A stretch of 62,209 bases of DNA, the filler included, from Choristocarpus tenellus KU-1152 (Eukaryota > Protista > Phaeophyceae), in NCBI GenBank assembly GCA_964200185.2. It is 10 parts of 10 records of this genome, joined end to end, with 100 filler letters (N's around TTAATTAATTAA, not from the genome) between each part and the next. Parts side by side here need not be neighbours in the genome. Positions count along the whole stretch, not along the records: positions 1 to 15,670 come from CAXNAD020000950.1; positions 15,771 to 22,467 come from CAXNAD020007544.1; positions 22,568 to 25,286 come from CAXNAD020025332.1; positions 25,387 to 30,277 come from CAXNAD020012650.1; 6 more parts are not named here. One strand, written 5' to 3'. The notes beneath the pieces were generated by a model, which was not told the origin of the DNA, did not search any database, and was given only the letters and a program-made list of their open reading frames with translations. Positions 14,821 through 26,570 of this stretch are shown here, piece by piece (position 1 is the first letter of the stretch; every line of letters starts with the position of its first letter). The position numbers were made by a program, and so were the translations under genes.

Positions 14821-14983
14821 CTTGGATATGAGGGATGAACTTATGGGGGTGCTGCAAGCTATGCTATCAGTGCACCTAGAGAAGCAGAACCAGGAGGGGG
14901 AGTCTGGGGATGAAGATGATCAGGCCATGGAAAATCCCAAAGAGAAAGTTCTTCTTGTGCTTAGGGAGACAACGCCTGATCAG
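843..14983 (+). CDS. SCC3: Cohesin subunit Scc3/SA (STAG), partial; 15 exons: 843-906, 2220-2312, 2779-2886, 3904-4005, 5340-5570, 7408-7479, 7622-7696, 8171-8307, 8913-8994, 9758-9942, 10710-10875, 11997-12059, 12741-12918, 13667-13730, 14833-14983
   Basis: All exons have AG/GT boundaries and are phase-compatible. The spliced peptide follows STAG-family motifs in order, compared from memory with human STAG1: AYADSVINSLWSLPQAPLAREWDAWLSLL (cf. AYLVDSLWESSQELLKDW), LSREEHVIAARMVVMSAR, NLTEACMLHLPDLLRKVQSDDVQLSLLCELP (cf. [30 protein letters not shown]), LLRRIKDSFLMSSSNDVLVKASASM, LCLRRL, VVEEGAGLLYTLFLWQ. Both ends lie outside this contig. Confidence 0.85.
943..1152 (+). repeat. 30-bp minisatellite, about 7 copies (TTAAAACAACTTAATTGGTTTGATTTGATG)
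   Basis: Head-to-tail copies with few substitutions and no spacers, inside the first Scc3 intron. Confidence 0.95.
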
Positions 14984-15770
14984 GTCTGAATACTATATTA
15001 TTTTAAACAGCACAGTATGGAACCAAATATCGGCACTTGTTTAGATCTCTCACTCTTTGAGGTACTGTATTCTCTTGGAGCAGGTACTGTTTTTTAGGGG
15101 ATATTACATAGATCCAAGTCTCATTGCTTTGGAAAACCATGAATTTCTTGCCATCACGAATTGGAGTGGTGTATATATATATATATATAGGTCAGAGTGT
15201 ATGGTATGGAGTATGTTGGTTAGGGTGTCGGATAAGTCTACTGTAATGTCACCGGTCTCTTTCACAGGCTATTATATTGCAACAACCCCCCACTCTACAA
15301 TGAACTTTATTTTATGACCACCTTGTTGAGCAGTCCTTCAGTAGACGGTTGATACTCAACCACAGCTCGCTCACTGCCGTCCAAGCATGGGATCTGGCCG
15401 GTTGTATTCTGATGGTGTGTTAAACGTTTTTGTGTACCATGTCATGTCAAGCAAGGCGTACAACAACCCTAGAGTGAACTTGACTCGTTTGGTCTGGTGG
15501 AGAAGACCAGTCTCAAGCGGAATCAGGGTATTGATTTTACGAAGTTAACCCTAAGTTACTGAAGAGCCAGTTCACTGAATGACAGGGACTACTACAGACA
15601 CTATTACAGACAGTCTGTGTCCGTCGGTTCAGTGGGCAGTATGATATTTGGAGCCAAAGTACCTGGGGGGNNNNNNNNNNNNNNNNNNNNNNNNNNNNNN
15701 NNNNNNNNNNNNNNTTAATTAATTAANNNNNNNNNNNNNNNNNNNNNNNNNNNNNNNNNNNNNNNNNNNN

Positions 15771-16000
15771 TTGTAGTTACAACCTCAACACCTTCGCGGT
15801 GGAAGTTTTTGGGCACCTCGGTAAGCAAGCAGAAAGTTTCCTGGATGAACTAGCTATTCATGCGGTAGGGGGGAGAGGGACAGGAGGTTATAGCAAGAAG
15901 GGGGCTGTCAAATCCCGTCTACGACAGATAGTTTCTGTCACAACACAGGTGACCCTATCCAGACGGGTCATGCGCTTTAAGCTGGAGGCACCAGGGAGAT
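15771..16000 (+). mobile_element. 3' end of a non-LTR retrotransposon ORF, restriction-like endonuclease (RLE) C-terminus, CRE-like
   Basis: YNLNTFAVEVFGHLGKQAESFLDEL...RLRQIVSVTTQ resembles the F-x-P-x-A-x-E-x-x-G-x-x-G...A-x-x-F and terminal SV-x-LQ segments of RLE-clade elements. 5'-truncated by the linker. Confidence 0.6.
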
Positions 16001-17670
16001 GGGTAAGGAGGGGCTTGTTAGATTCGTGGGATGCCTCCCTAGCCCCTCACCCTGGAGTACATATATTATTATGTCCTCTGGCATTTTGGAGACGTGTCAG
16101 GGGGAAAACCAACGAAAACTATTCACATGTCAATATAAACCCTAAATAAGTAAATATGTCACAAATGTGAGAAACACTAACAATCAATTATTTGTTATTT
16201 GACTACTATCTATGTTGTACCACTCACTGCCTTTCTTTCTGTGCCTCCGATCTACCTATTCCTGCACCCCAGAATGAGGAGCTAGGGAGGCATCTCAAGA
16301 ATCCAACAAACTCCTCCGTGCCCATCTCCCTGGTGACTCCAGGTTCAAACGCATGACACGTCTATATACAGTACTAATACTTGCTTAATATCATGTGCGC
16401 TTCCATACATATTTTGCATGTTAGATCAAGGTTATCGAAAAACCTTTCGTCTAAATAGGTATGACGAATGTGTTCTGGGTCCCTTTCGACTTTCTACCGA
16501 GTAATATTTTGGAATGTTAAATCGAAAAATTGTCCTTTTCACTGGATTATGCGGGGATTGAGGTAGTATAAGGCAATAGAAATACCAAAAAAAATCCATC
16601 ACCCCAAATCCGAAAGTCTGTATGTTCTGGAGCATCAGACCTAGTTCACAGTAGAATGTAACGTTATGTGAGTAATCTCATGTAGATGTAGCCCAGTCCT
16701 GCGTTCAGATTTATGGGTGGTCATCATCGGTTCATTTATGAACGATAGCTGGTGCTGTTGAAGGTTCCAAAGCCAGCAATTCGTTCAGTACAACCCTAAT
16801 ATTAGGTCAGGTTGGGAAAAAGGAGAGCCCTTCTATATAATATTTGATACAACCTCGTAGGTGACCTCAACTTCCTATGACGTACTGGCGCCTATACCAC
16901 TTCATCCCGCCATTGCTTTGGCAATTTGTTTTAGAGAGTGTAGAGAATTACCAATCTTGTAGTAACACCTCCGAAACATTTGGGATTTTTTTAATCGAAC
17001 ATGATCCTCCGGAAACTTACTGAAATGAGAGTGTTTCACAGTACCGTAATACCGTAATCGGATAACCCCTCAAAGCAGGATGTTTTTTATACTATTTTTT
17101 TTTTGAATGGTTTCTGAATCAAAAGTATGATCAAAGAAAGCAACAAGTGTTTTCATTTCCAGCCGTATAACCAAACCCGACCTGCCTTGGTTAAGTGTGT
17201 CTTAACATGATAGACATAGTGGGACGGGGAGTGTTCAAGAGAACATGCGACCAATCATCACTCAACGTCAATATTCATCAGAAAAAATATTCTTCCAAGT
17301 ATTACTTATTTCACTGGTAGCAGTAACCTACTGATCACTGACACAATCCCCTCACATTTCACCATTTTTTGTGAGAAGTTTTTCTTACTATAATAGTGTT
17401 TAGTCATAGTAGCCACAAGTATCTACGGTTTGGTGAATAAATACTTTTGTGGATGGACATATTTTTGATAAGCAGTAATATAAGTAGTATCTTCTACGAT
17501 ATCGATACAACACTACAGAGCGTAAATGACGTCATAGAATACGCCGTCCCTTCTCCGTCCGTCCACCACCACATCATGAGGAAGATTGAATCAATTTCGA
17601 AACTTTGGACCACAACATTCCTCACTAGTCTAATATAGGTCCTTCCCTCTTCTATTCATCAGCCACCTAG

Positions 17671-20600
17671 ATGGAGGAGACCGTCGCGATGGAGCCAGAA
17701 GCAACTCAGCCCCTGAGTGCTCTTGCAAACTTCACCATAGCCTTTTGCGGTTCCTCTCTTGCTTACACTGTGCTGGTCTTGCTGTGGCGACTTGCGACGT
17801 ATGACTCCATTCTGGAGTCTAACATCTTCAAGGTGAGTCTTCACAATCTGTCTGGGAGGATGTGGGCCGATATGTGGTAAACTATACACTCGTTGCAGTT
17901 ATGCAAGTGTTTATACCCATCTTATTTTGCAAGGAGCGTCCAGGCACGATGATAAACTTCTGATGTCTACTTCTTGATCCCCTCAACTGCATTTCGCTGG
18001 TGTTTTTCAATCTGTCACAAAATGTTGCGGCGCCAACCTCCTTATGATCGTTCCATATAGTCGTCTTGGTTGCTAATTCAACGTGGAAGGTTGTCGATCA
18101 CCAGTACCTTCTGAACTGGTTAGATAGTAAGCTGACCTACAATCAGCAAATGCACACTACTGCTTATCTGATGAGCCCTTGTACCCCCATCTGCCCCTTC
18201 CAATGGTCGCCTACCTTCGCGATTACCTTCTGCAGCTCATCCTTGCCGGTATGGGCCTCTTCCAGGTTGCTTGGTCTCTGGGAAAATATGAGGATTTAAT
18301 GTGGGTAGTGTGTTTGCTTGGAAATGATCGAGGTGTTTGCCTTCGGATGGATTTTGTGCTGATCTTGCTTGCATTCATGTATCACATCAAAGAGTACTTG
18401 TATCGACCTGAAGAGTACTTGGGGTTCCCTGCTTGCTTGGCTTCACACCGGCATGGATTTTCCTTTTCTCTTCAGATTTGTTGCAGGAGGGAATTCGACC
18501 GAAGGTATGCAACTGATTAACGCGAAGGACTCCATTTCTTTGGTAGAGTGTGGGGGGTGTTTCTCTAGGAGACCGATATACTACTCATCCACACAGAAGT
18601 AACTCCAGTGTAAGCAGTCCTTCGGCCGCTATGCGGAATAACATCTTACACTAGATACCCCGGATACCCCCATCTCCTGTAACAAAGAGTACCTCCCTTT
18701 GTATGTTGAACACACAGGAGCACAAGCGACCTATACTTTGGCATAATATCCACTATAGCTGCAGCTTCAGCTCTGCGAACTTACATGAGTTTCGTTCGGG
18801 GACCTCCTCCTCGAATTGTTGACATGCGTGGAAAGGTGAGAGTACTTTGGTGTTATCAATTATGTTTGGACTGAAGTTGTGCAACAGGGCTCTGGCAGAC
18901 TTTGAGCGCTTACAATTTGTAGAGGTGGATATCATGTTTCAGCCACATGCTACTGCTTTGAAAGTCTTTGGGGTAGACTGTTGCTCGCAGCGTAACAGCA
19001 TGAGATGATTGAAGTGCTTGCGGAAAGGTTCATTATATTTCTTCCAAGCCGGGCATGAAAGAGATTGAGTTCTATAGGGTTGGAATGCTCACCCAGAGAG
19101 GAACTATTCTGTCCTCTGCAGCAGGACAATACGGCCCCGAGTTGCATAGAGAGTGCTTGCATTACGCCTGTACTGGAGGTCCTTGTAAGGTGTTTTGTGG
19201 GGTACATTTTTATCCCTTTCTGGCCGTCCACGTGCTCCAAGAGAGCTTGAAAGATTATATTAATATGTGCTCGCTACACTTTACTATACTTTTGGCAAAG
19301 TGTACGAATCTATTGCCAACTACCGCTTGTCACCAGATTTACTTAAGAGTACACACTTATCCACAGGTGGTGATCATCACAGGGAGCAACACGGGAATTG
19401 GCTATGAGACAGCCAAGGCCATTGTTTCCAATGGGGCTCATGTGATTATGGGTGAGCAGTCTTTTGGAATGACATATGTTTGTAGGGAGGTAAGTGACTG
19501 TGACCTTTTTTTCAGCACAATTTGAGGTAGGTGTTGGGTGACTACTGCCTGACCAAACTATCTCCATGAGATGTGTAGACGAAGATAGTAATGTTGTAGG
19601 TAAATGTTGTGTCAAAGGTACGTGTATGTCCTTTTTTGTGCAGCTTCTTAGAGTAAAGGTTAGGGCTCACTGGAGATGCAAGAAGGCACGTCAAGCCTCT
19701 ACCGAAATTGTATGAAGTGCGCTGAGGGAAGGGGGTGGTACAGTCAGACAAAAAAGAGGTAGGTTCAGAGGAGTGTTCCAAGGTTTCTCAAGTGGATACT
19801 GGGAAAGATGTGTTTACCATGGTCGGTATATTGGAAACCGTGTGCGTTGACAACTTCTGAAATAATGGAACATATATTGTACACTTCACCAATTGAGTCA
19901 GGGAACTCAACATGCAATAACTGCCCAATGGCCTGTCTGTTTCGCTGTTCATCTCCTTTTCTCCTCTCCTCAACACAAGAGACAAAATTGCAGAACGCTC
20001 AAAACATGCACTACTAAAATCAATACAATCAAGTCAAAAGGTAAAAGCTTCCAACTCTCATGCAGACCTTCCTCCCTACTGCCCTAAAACGCCTCCGTTG
20101 GACATGGGTTTGACTGGTGTATCACTTTACAACTACAATAGCTTGCCGTTCTGAAGAGAAGGCCAAGGCAGCAATTGAGAGGATGACAAAAGAGCTCGAG
20201 CTTGTCGTAGCAGCCATCAGGAATTCCAATGAACCAGCCGTAAGAGGAAATGTGAGTGTTATATGTGAGTGTTATATGGGAATGCTGTTTGCCTGTCATA
20301 TGTATACTGTGTGCTATGCTGCTTCTTCCTTGTGCCATGAGCTTTGGGCAGAAGGATTTCTACCCCCTGGTAGCACAGATTTGTCATTGTCAGAAAATAT
20401 AAAAGATAGGTGGGAGGGAATGGGAATAGGGTATTGACACAAAACAATTTTGTGTGTGTGTGTGTGTGCTAAGAGTATCTTTGCCTCTTTGGATTTAGGA
20501 ATTGATTCTGAAGGAACGTGAGGGAAGGAGGTGTTATCTTGCAGGATGTGACAAAAAGGGAACAGTATTTCATCTTTTTTTCTTCTAATACTACTGAATA

Positions 20601-21242
20601 TTTAAGAATATCTTCACAAAATCATAAATTAGAAAAAAAAGAGGGCTAAATCCATTGAATACAGTAGTGGGACTTAGGGTTAGGGTAAAGTTTGTAAGTG
20701 TGTGTCACGTGTATTTCTCATTTCTTCATTTGACCGTTTAAAAATTGTTCCTGTGCTTCGACGTTAACATTTTAAAATAAGAAAAAAAAATGTACAATTT
20801 GTTTTTTTGTATAAAGTTCACCCCTCATTTGAGAAAAAAAAACATCTTCAAGTCTTGCACCATGTGTTAGTATATAGTGTAGTCCGGAGTACCTTGGAGC
20901 ATTAAAAAAAAATGTTCCATAGCGGCGATGAATGCGCTGCTATGGTGTGGGGTCTACAGATGAAAAAAAGTATAAAAAATAACTTGTATCTTGTGTATAT
21001 GGGTTGAGTGTTTTGGACATGTTGAGGTATGTACCCCATGTGAAAAAAAGTACCTTGTTTTCTTGACTGACAAGGGGAACAGAGCTGTTACACTCTCCAC
21101 TTTCAATTGCCAGACTACCTCACGTTGGAGTTTTAATATCCATTCTAGGCGGTACTCCCCTCACAAAAAAAAAAGAAGATTATACGCTTTATTGGTGCCA
21201 TTTTCCACTTCAACAGAGAACATCACACACGGAACCATCTGT

Positions 21243-21282
<40 letters not shown>

Positions 21283-21672
21283 GAGCCCAGCACTCATTGA
21301 AAGCTCTTCCCTCTTGTTTTCCTTTGAAAATAATACGAGCCTGACCTGGCCCACCGAGGAGGCCCTGTTGCATTCAACACACGGACAAAATACCTCAACC
21401 TCCTCCCCCCCCCCCCCCCACCCCCCCCCCCCCCCCCCCCCATGCCCCATACACCTACCTCGCTGTGCTTTTTTTATTATTATTTTTTTTCAACTTTGTG
21501 TTCACTCCCTTGATTCTCTCTTCTGTTGTTATTGTTGCAACTAACTCCTCAGCTGGAGTTCATGCAAATCGACATGTCGTCCATGGCATCGGTGCGGGCA
21601 TTTGTGGAGAAGTTTAAGGCGTCCAAGCTGTCCCTCGATGTCTTGATCCTCAACGCGGGCGTCATGATGAAC
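17671..21672 (+). CDS. Short-chain dehydrogenase/reductase (retinol dehydrogenase/WWOX-like), 3'-truncated; exons 17671-17832, 18176-18304, 18414-18504, 19122-19189, 19367-19451, 20142-20251, 21553-21672
   Basis: Rossmann motif VVIITGSNTGIGYETAK, then GAHVIMACRSEEKAKAA, LEFMQIDMSSMASVRAF and LDVLILNAG. Splice phases are consistent. The four N-terminal exons are less certain than the last three. Confidence 0.85.
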
Positions 21673-24179
21673 GTGCGTGTGTACGATGAGGGGATACCAC
21701 AAAAATAAATAAATGGTTGTTACATTATTATTATTATTATTTTTTTTAATTGTTTCCAGTGTGCCAGTTGTACTTCTCATTTTTTTTCTGTCTGCCCGGT
21801 GCGGTTGTCACAGTTGTCCAAAATCTGCTCATTTTTTTTTTTTAAAGTCTCACATTAGGGAATACAGTGTTGTTGGCTTCATGCTATTTTAATTGTAAAA
21901 TGTAAGTGTATATATGTACGTATATATGTGTATGTATGTACATATATTTTTGTGTCGCCTTCTTTTCGAAAGTGCTTTTCAAATGAAATGAAAAATAAAA
22001 TAATAGTGCAGAAAACCTTTGGTTGCGGTGAGATCTTTTAACTTTTCGTTTTTCTGCTCCTTTTAAAAATTTTATTCTGCTCTAGTTTTCAACACACACA
22101 CAGACAAAAATCAAAGAAAATGAAACAAAAAAATATATTTTTTTGTTTTTATTGCATGTTGTGTGCTTGTAGAGCACGGTCAGTCTCTGGGCAACCGCTT
22201 GATCAAACAGCATCGGTCTGAAACCCTAACCCTCCTTGGTACTTCAAGTAAAGTAAACAGAGGGCATGACACCATGTTGTACACACTAGATACACCTCCA
22301 TGTCATACCTTCCTGACTGATCTGACTTCTTGTCCTGGTTGTCTCCAGACACTGTCTGAAACAGCTGCAATCGATACGTACTGTTTTGATGTATGTGGAC
22401 ATTCATCAGCACTGCCCATAATTGGGACAATCTTTAGTCACAACAAGTCTCCTGTGAGAATCCCCCCNNNNNNNNNNNNNNNNNNNNNNNNNNNNNNNNN
22501 NNNNNNNNNNNTTAATTAATTAANNNNNNNNNNNNNNNNNNNNNNNNNNNNNNNNNNNNNNNNNNNNCGAAACGGACGCCCCCTCACAAACCACCCCCCC
22601 CCCAAGATACTTTGACCCTGAAACGATAATCGTGCTTCTGTCGATGGGTCTGGTGTCGGGTTGAAAAATTCCTGCTAGGTGAGGGAGCTTGACCGGTGCA
22701 GTGACAGCATACCGACCGTATCTTGATGTGTGGGGTGTCTTGTCGTGTGTACTACTGCTACTACTACTACTACTACTACACACACAAACACACACACACG
22801 GAAAATACTCTTATTAGTGGTAGTGGTCTTCCATTCTTCTGTGCAGGATCCCTACAGTATCAGTGTTAGTCCTGATCACGAGCAATTTTACATCGTAGGC
22901 ACCCATCCAGTTGATTGCATTGGTCGTTCATGTAATTTTCGTGTTGGCACCTGCAGCAAAATCAAGCGAAAAAATGAAGAAATCTCTTACAGTACCTGCT
23001 CTGTATGTACGTAACTACGATGTAAAGACAGAGGGGACAATTACATCGACGAGGGCTACCCTGCTCTCCCCTAGGGCTCTGGGAGTGGCTGAGAAGTCGT
23101 GGGAAATGGTTAATTTTACCATCTACTATCAGTTCAAGGATGAATGGCACCTCAGGCCAGTGGAATGCATGACAAAGGAAGCCAGAGCTAGGAAAATGAG
23201 TGTTCGGCAGTTATTTTTTTCAACCGTTGTAGAATTCAGAAAAAATGATGTTATCCAATACACAATATAATGTTGTGAGAAGGTCAGGCAAGCGGGTCAG
23301 TGTCCCTCTGCTAGTGACCATTAGCTAGAACAAAATTAATGGTATCGGTTAAACCAGTCCAACTAATAGATAAAGAAGGCTTGAGTAGATATTAGCGTAC
23401 ACACAGAACAGGATGGAGTTCGCGGTGTGTTGTTCTGTGACACTTACGGAGTGGTACATGCTATCACTGTAGGGTTCCAAATTGGTTATTGTCGATATAG
23501 TAAGTGCCAGCAGTCAAGGTTTGGAGAAAGGGGCAAAAAACTGGAAAGGGGAAGTGGGAAAGAGATGGTATTTACTTAGCTACGTCAGACAGGGCTTCCC
23601 ACTGTTTACCTCACTTACAGCTGCTATCAGGGAATAGTGCTGCAAATGGTCAGCACTATTACTGGCTGAAATGGGTGATGTTGGGGAGCAAAGACGTCTT
23701 TCCGACCTTGAGAACCAGTAAGAGTGAACGCCCTCCAATTGTTGAGGTTTTAGTTCTAGATGATAGTACCATACCAGGCTGCGCTATTGCTGGAATGTAG
23801 GTATGCATCGATGTTTCTTATTGGAGTTCACTCCAATATTAGGTGTCTTGGATTTGTGGTAAGTCCTCATGCCCAGGTTGTGATGCGCGAATAGTTAACC
23901 AAGGGTTAAGAAGGTTTTTCACGGAGAAATTTGTCACAAGTGTGAAGCATGCAGCCCAGGTGTCATTGCACCAAAGAAGATCATGGTGCAGCCAACAATA
24001 ATATTTGTGTACACACTTGTATAACTGTCTGAAAAGTATAATAAAACAGTGTAACGGCACACCTCTCAGACCTGTTTGTTAGTGGATATCATGATCAAAC
24101 ATCAACCCACTCAAATCGTGTACTGCACCATAACTATTCTTCTTAACCAGGGCTTTTTTCCCATGTGAATGTGATGGGG

Positions 24180-24356
24180 TCAGAGTCCTGTCATTGGCTC
24201 GGCAGATACGCCAGTGAGAAGTCGCTTGACGCAGGCATCCTTGTCTGGGAGGAAGGAAAGCTGGGCTTGGCAGAAAGCTAATGCTGCTTCATCAATCTCT
24301 TCTCCCTCGTGCACGATAAAGGTCAATGGCTCCCCGCCTGGCCCATCCATGACCAT
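24180..24356 (-). CDS. Terminal exon of an unidentified gene
   Basis: Acceptor CCTTGCAG, then MVMDGPGGEPLTFIVHEGEEIDEAALAFCQAQLSFLPDKDACVKRLL...stop, with protein-like composition. Upstream exons were not identified. Confidence 0.55.
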   Translation of the reverse strand: MVMDGPGGEPLTFIVHEGEEIDEAALAFCQAQLSFLPDKDACVKRLLTGVSAEPMTGL

Positions 24357-24474
24357 CTGCAAGGCAGGAGGGATTTAATGTACTTAAAAGAAAATGAACA
24401 TTATTCAATGCCAGCTGGTGTACAGTCCCTTGTAATATGCCTGAAGGGGTCATGGGGGTAAGTATGGAGGACGG

Positions 24475-24512
<38 letters not shown>

Positions 24513-24992
24513 TGGTCTTAAGCTATGTCAATGATGGCCCCAAGAACAGAAGGATACGAAAGAAGTATAAAACCTGATTTGGAGTCAACGGGTAGGAGGA
24601 GTGACACCACCACCTCGCATTTCCCATTTGAGTTGTGTTCAATTGGCACTGACTCTATTTTTTTATTTCTAAATTTCAAACTCAATACAACGAAACAGAC
24701 GTATCAACTCGGGCACCAGGCGATTAGTTCTTGTAATTTATTGCAAGGACTATAAAGCAGAGGATTGGAACGAGCGGAGAGTTGAGAATCAGCTTGTGAG
24801 GGTTGCGTTCTATAGGCACAATATCTGCATGCCAGGTGCCATTCTTTCTAGTCGTCAAGATGATCTGACGGACCTGCAATCTGGGTCGTGGTGCATCTCT
24901 AGACTCGACCTTCCCTTCAGTGATCCTGTACAAGACATGGCATTCAACCACCGAGGGAGGGAAAGAGAGAAGATAGGCTTAGATCAATGAAA

Positions 24993-25204
24993 AGTTCAAA
25001 GCATTTCAGAGGGTAGCGCTGTGTCTGTTCGGAGTCTTAGATCCAATGTTGTGATTGTTGATGTAATTTTGGTCATCTAATTTGTTATTTGCAAGTGTCA
25101 ATATCCTTGCTTCGGACACACCTTTCATAGTTGCGTAAGTTTTAGCTACTCCGAAATGTTTCGGATTTTGAAAACCAACTGTGTTCACGGAAACCCGAAA
25201 AAAG
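24993..25204 (+). mobile_element. Diverged MITE-A-related copy, interrupted by G-rich MITE ends
   Basis: Starts AGTTCAAAGCATTTCAGAGGGTA and keeps the GTGTCAATATCC block and the CTACTCCGAAATGTTTCGGA hairpin of MITE-A. Confidence 0.65.
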
Positions 25205-25386
25205 GGGTCAAAGTATCTGGGGGGGGGGGGGAGCCAGCGTCCGTTTTTTACCCGGGTTCGAAATATCTTGGGGGGGTGGCGGTTTTNNNNNNNNNNNNNN
25301 NNNNNNNNNNNNNNNNNNNNNNNNNNNNNNTTAATTAATTAANNNNNNNNNNNNNNNNNNNNNNNNNNNNNNNNNNNNNNNNNNNN

Positions 25387-26067
25387 CCGTCCTTTCGGCG
25401 ATGTTGAATTTTTCTGCGACGAAAGCGACTTTGAGCTTCTTATTCTTGAGGTAGTCAAGCACTTCTGACTTTGTGTTCAACGTCAAGTTGGATCGCTTTG
25501 TTCAATGGCCCCTCCTGGAAGGGGCACTAGATTTCTGCCCGCGTCTGCCAGCTGTAGCACCAGACGAGCTACCGTTCAGCGAGCCGAGCGATGAAGCCGA
25601 TAACAATGTGCCCTTGCCGTCAGCGCCCACGACTTGCTGCAGTGCCAAGCACTGTCCCTCACACAAACGTCTGCAGTCATCGTCCAGTTCGGGATCCCTA
25701 ACACCACATATACTACATGGAGGTACCCACTGCACTTACGGCACTTGTGGATTGCGTAGAAAGATGGACCTGGTGTGTTTGAAGGCATCTTGCAGAGGTT
25801 TCCTGCTGCACAAGGCATGACTTCCACTTTATACCCCTACCAGCAACGTATTGTACTGCCGTATGGTAGCATGACCCAGGAAGAAGGGCACGTTTCGCGA
25901 GATATTTTTGCGCGCGTGCCAATTCGCGGGAATATATCTGGGATTTAGTGCCAAATCGCCCGAATTAGAGAATTCCGGTATAAAATCCTATTTTTGAGCA
26001 TGTCGAAAAAAGCGGTGCAAAATTGATTTGGTTAATAATATTTGGCCCAAAATCGAGTAACCCACTG
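25387..26067 (-). mobile_element. 5' part of a pogo/Tigger-like DNA transposon
   Basis: The minus-strand end reads TA|CAGTGGGTTACTCG. The frameshifted ORF MPCAAGNLC...HKCRKC...LH..CG...RLC...C is followed by a psq/CENP-B-type HTH, KRSNLTLNTKSEVLDYLKNKKLKVAFVAEKFNIAERT, cut by the linker. Confidence 0.75.
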
Positions 26068-26311
26068 TATATCAAATCTAGAACTTCAATATCATAATGG
26101 TGTTTATGAAACCGCCATAAAGACACATCGCCTGTAACAGACTCAGTTCCTTTAGCCTCAGCTGCCAGGACCCTGTACACTGATTCAACCTTTGAGGTGA
26201 GAGGAAGGAGGGTGAGGGTGCGTTGGGAGGTATGTACGTACTTCTGTGTGATCATTGTTAAGATGAGTATGGAGTATTGACACCGTTTGAATGAGGTAAA
26301 ACAAATCTAAT

Positions 26312-26570
26312 GAGTGAAAGTATCTTAGAGGGTATGAGTTTTGCCCCGTTTGTCCATTTGGGGCTTGGCTTCTCATGAGTTCTTTAGTGACATTTTGCTA
26401 CTCCAAAATGTTTAGGAGTAGGTAAAGTGTTTGTGTTAGGAAAAAGTGTGTCAGGAACATGGATATTGACACTTCCTAACAAAAGCGATAGCCAAAATTA
26501 TATCACAATCGAAACATCCGACTTTGGTCCCCAAATGGACGTGACTCTACCCTTTAAGATACTTTGGCTC
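26312..26570 (+). mobile_element. MITE-A, 259 bp, complete
   Basis: TIRs GAGTGAAAGTATCTTAGAGGGTA / TACCCTTTAAGATACTTTGGCTC, flanked by TAAT on both sides (4-bp TSD). Confidence 0.9.

Noticed and set aside
15715-15726. TTAATTAATTAA as a biological palindrome or recombination site
   Set aside because: Always centred in exactly 88 Ns, so it is a synthetic linker.
22730-23800. Possible plus-strand exons (ORFs 22911-23270 and 23504-23800)
   Set aside because: No recognisable motifs and no convincing phase-consistent exon chain.
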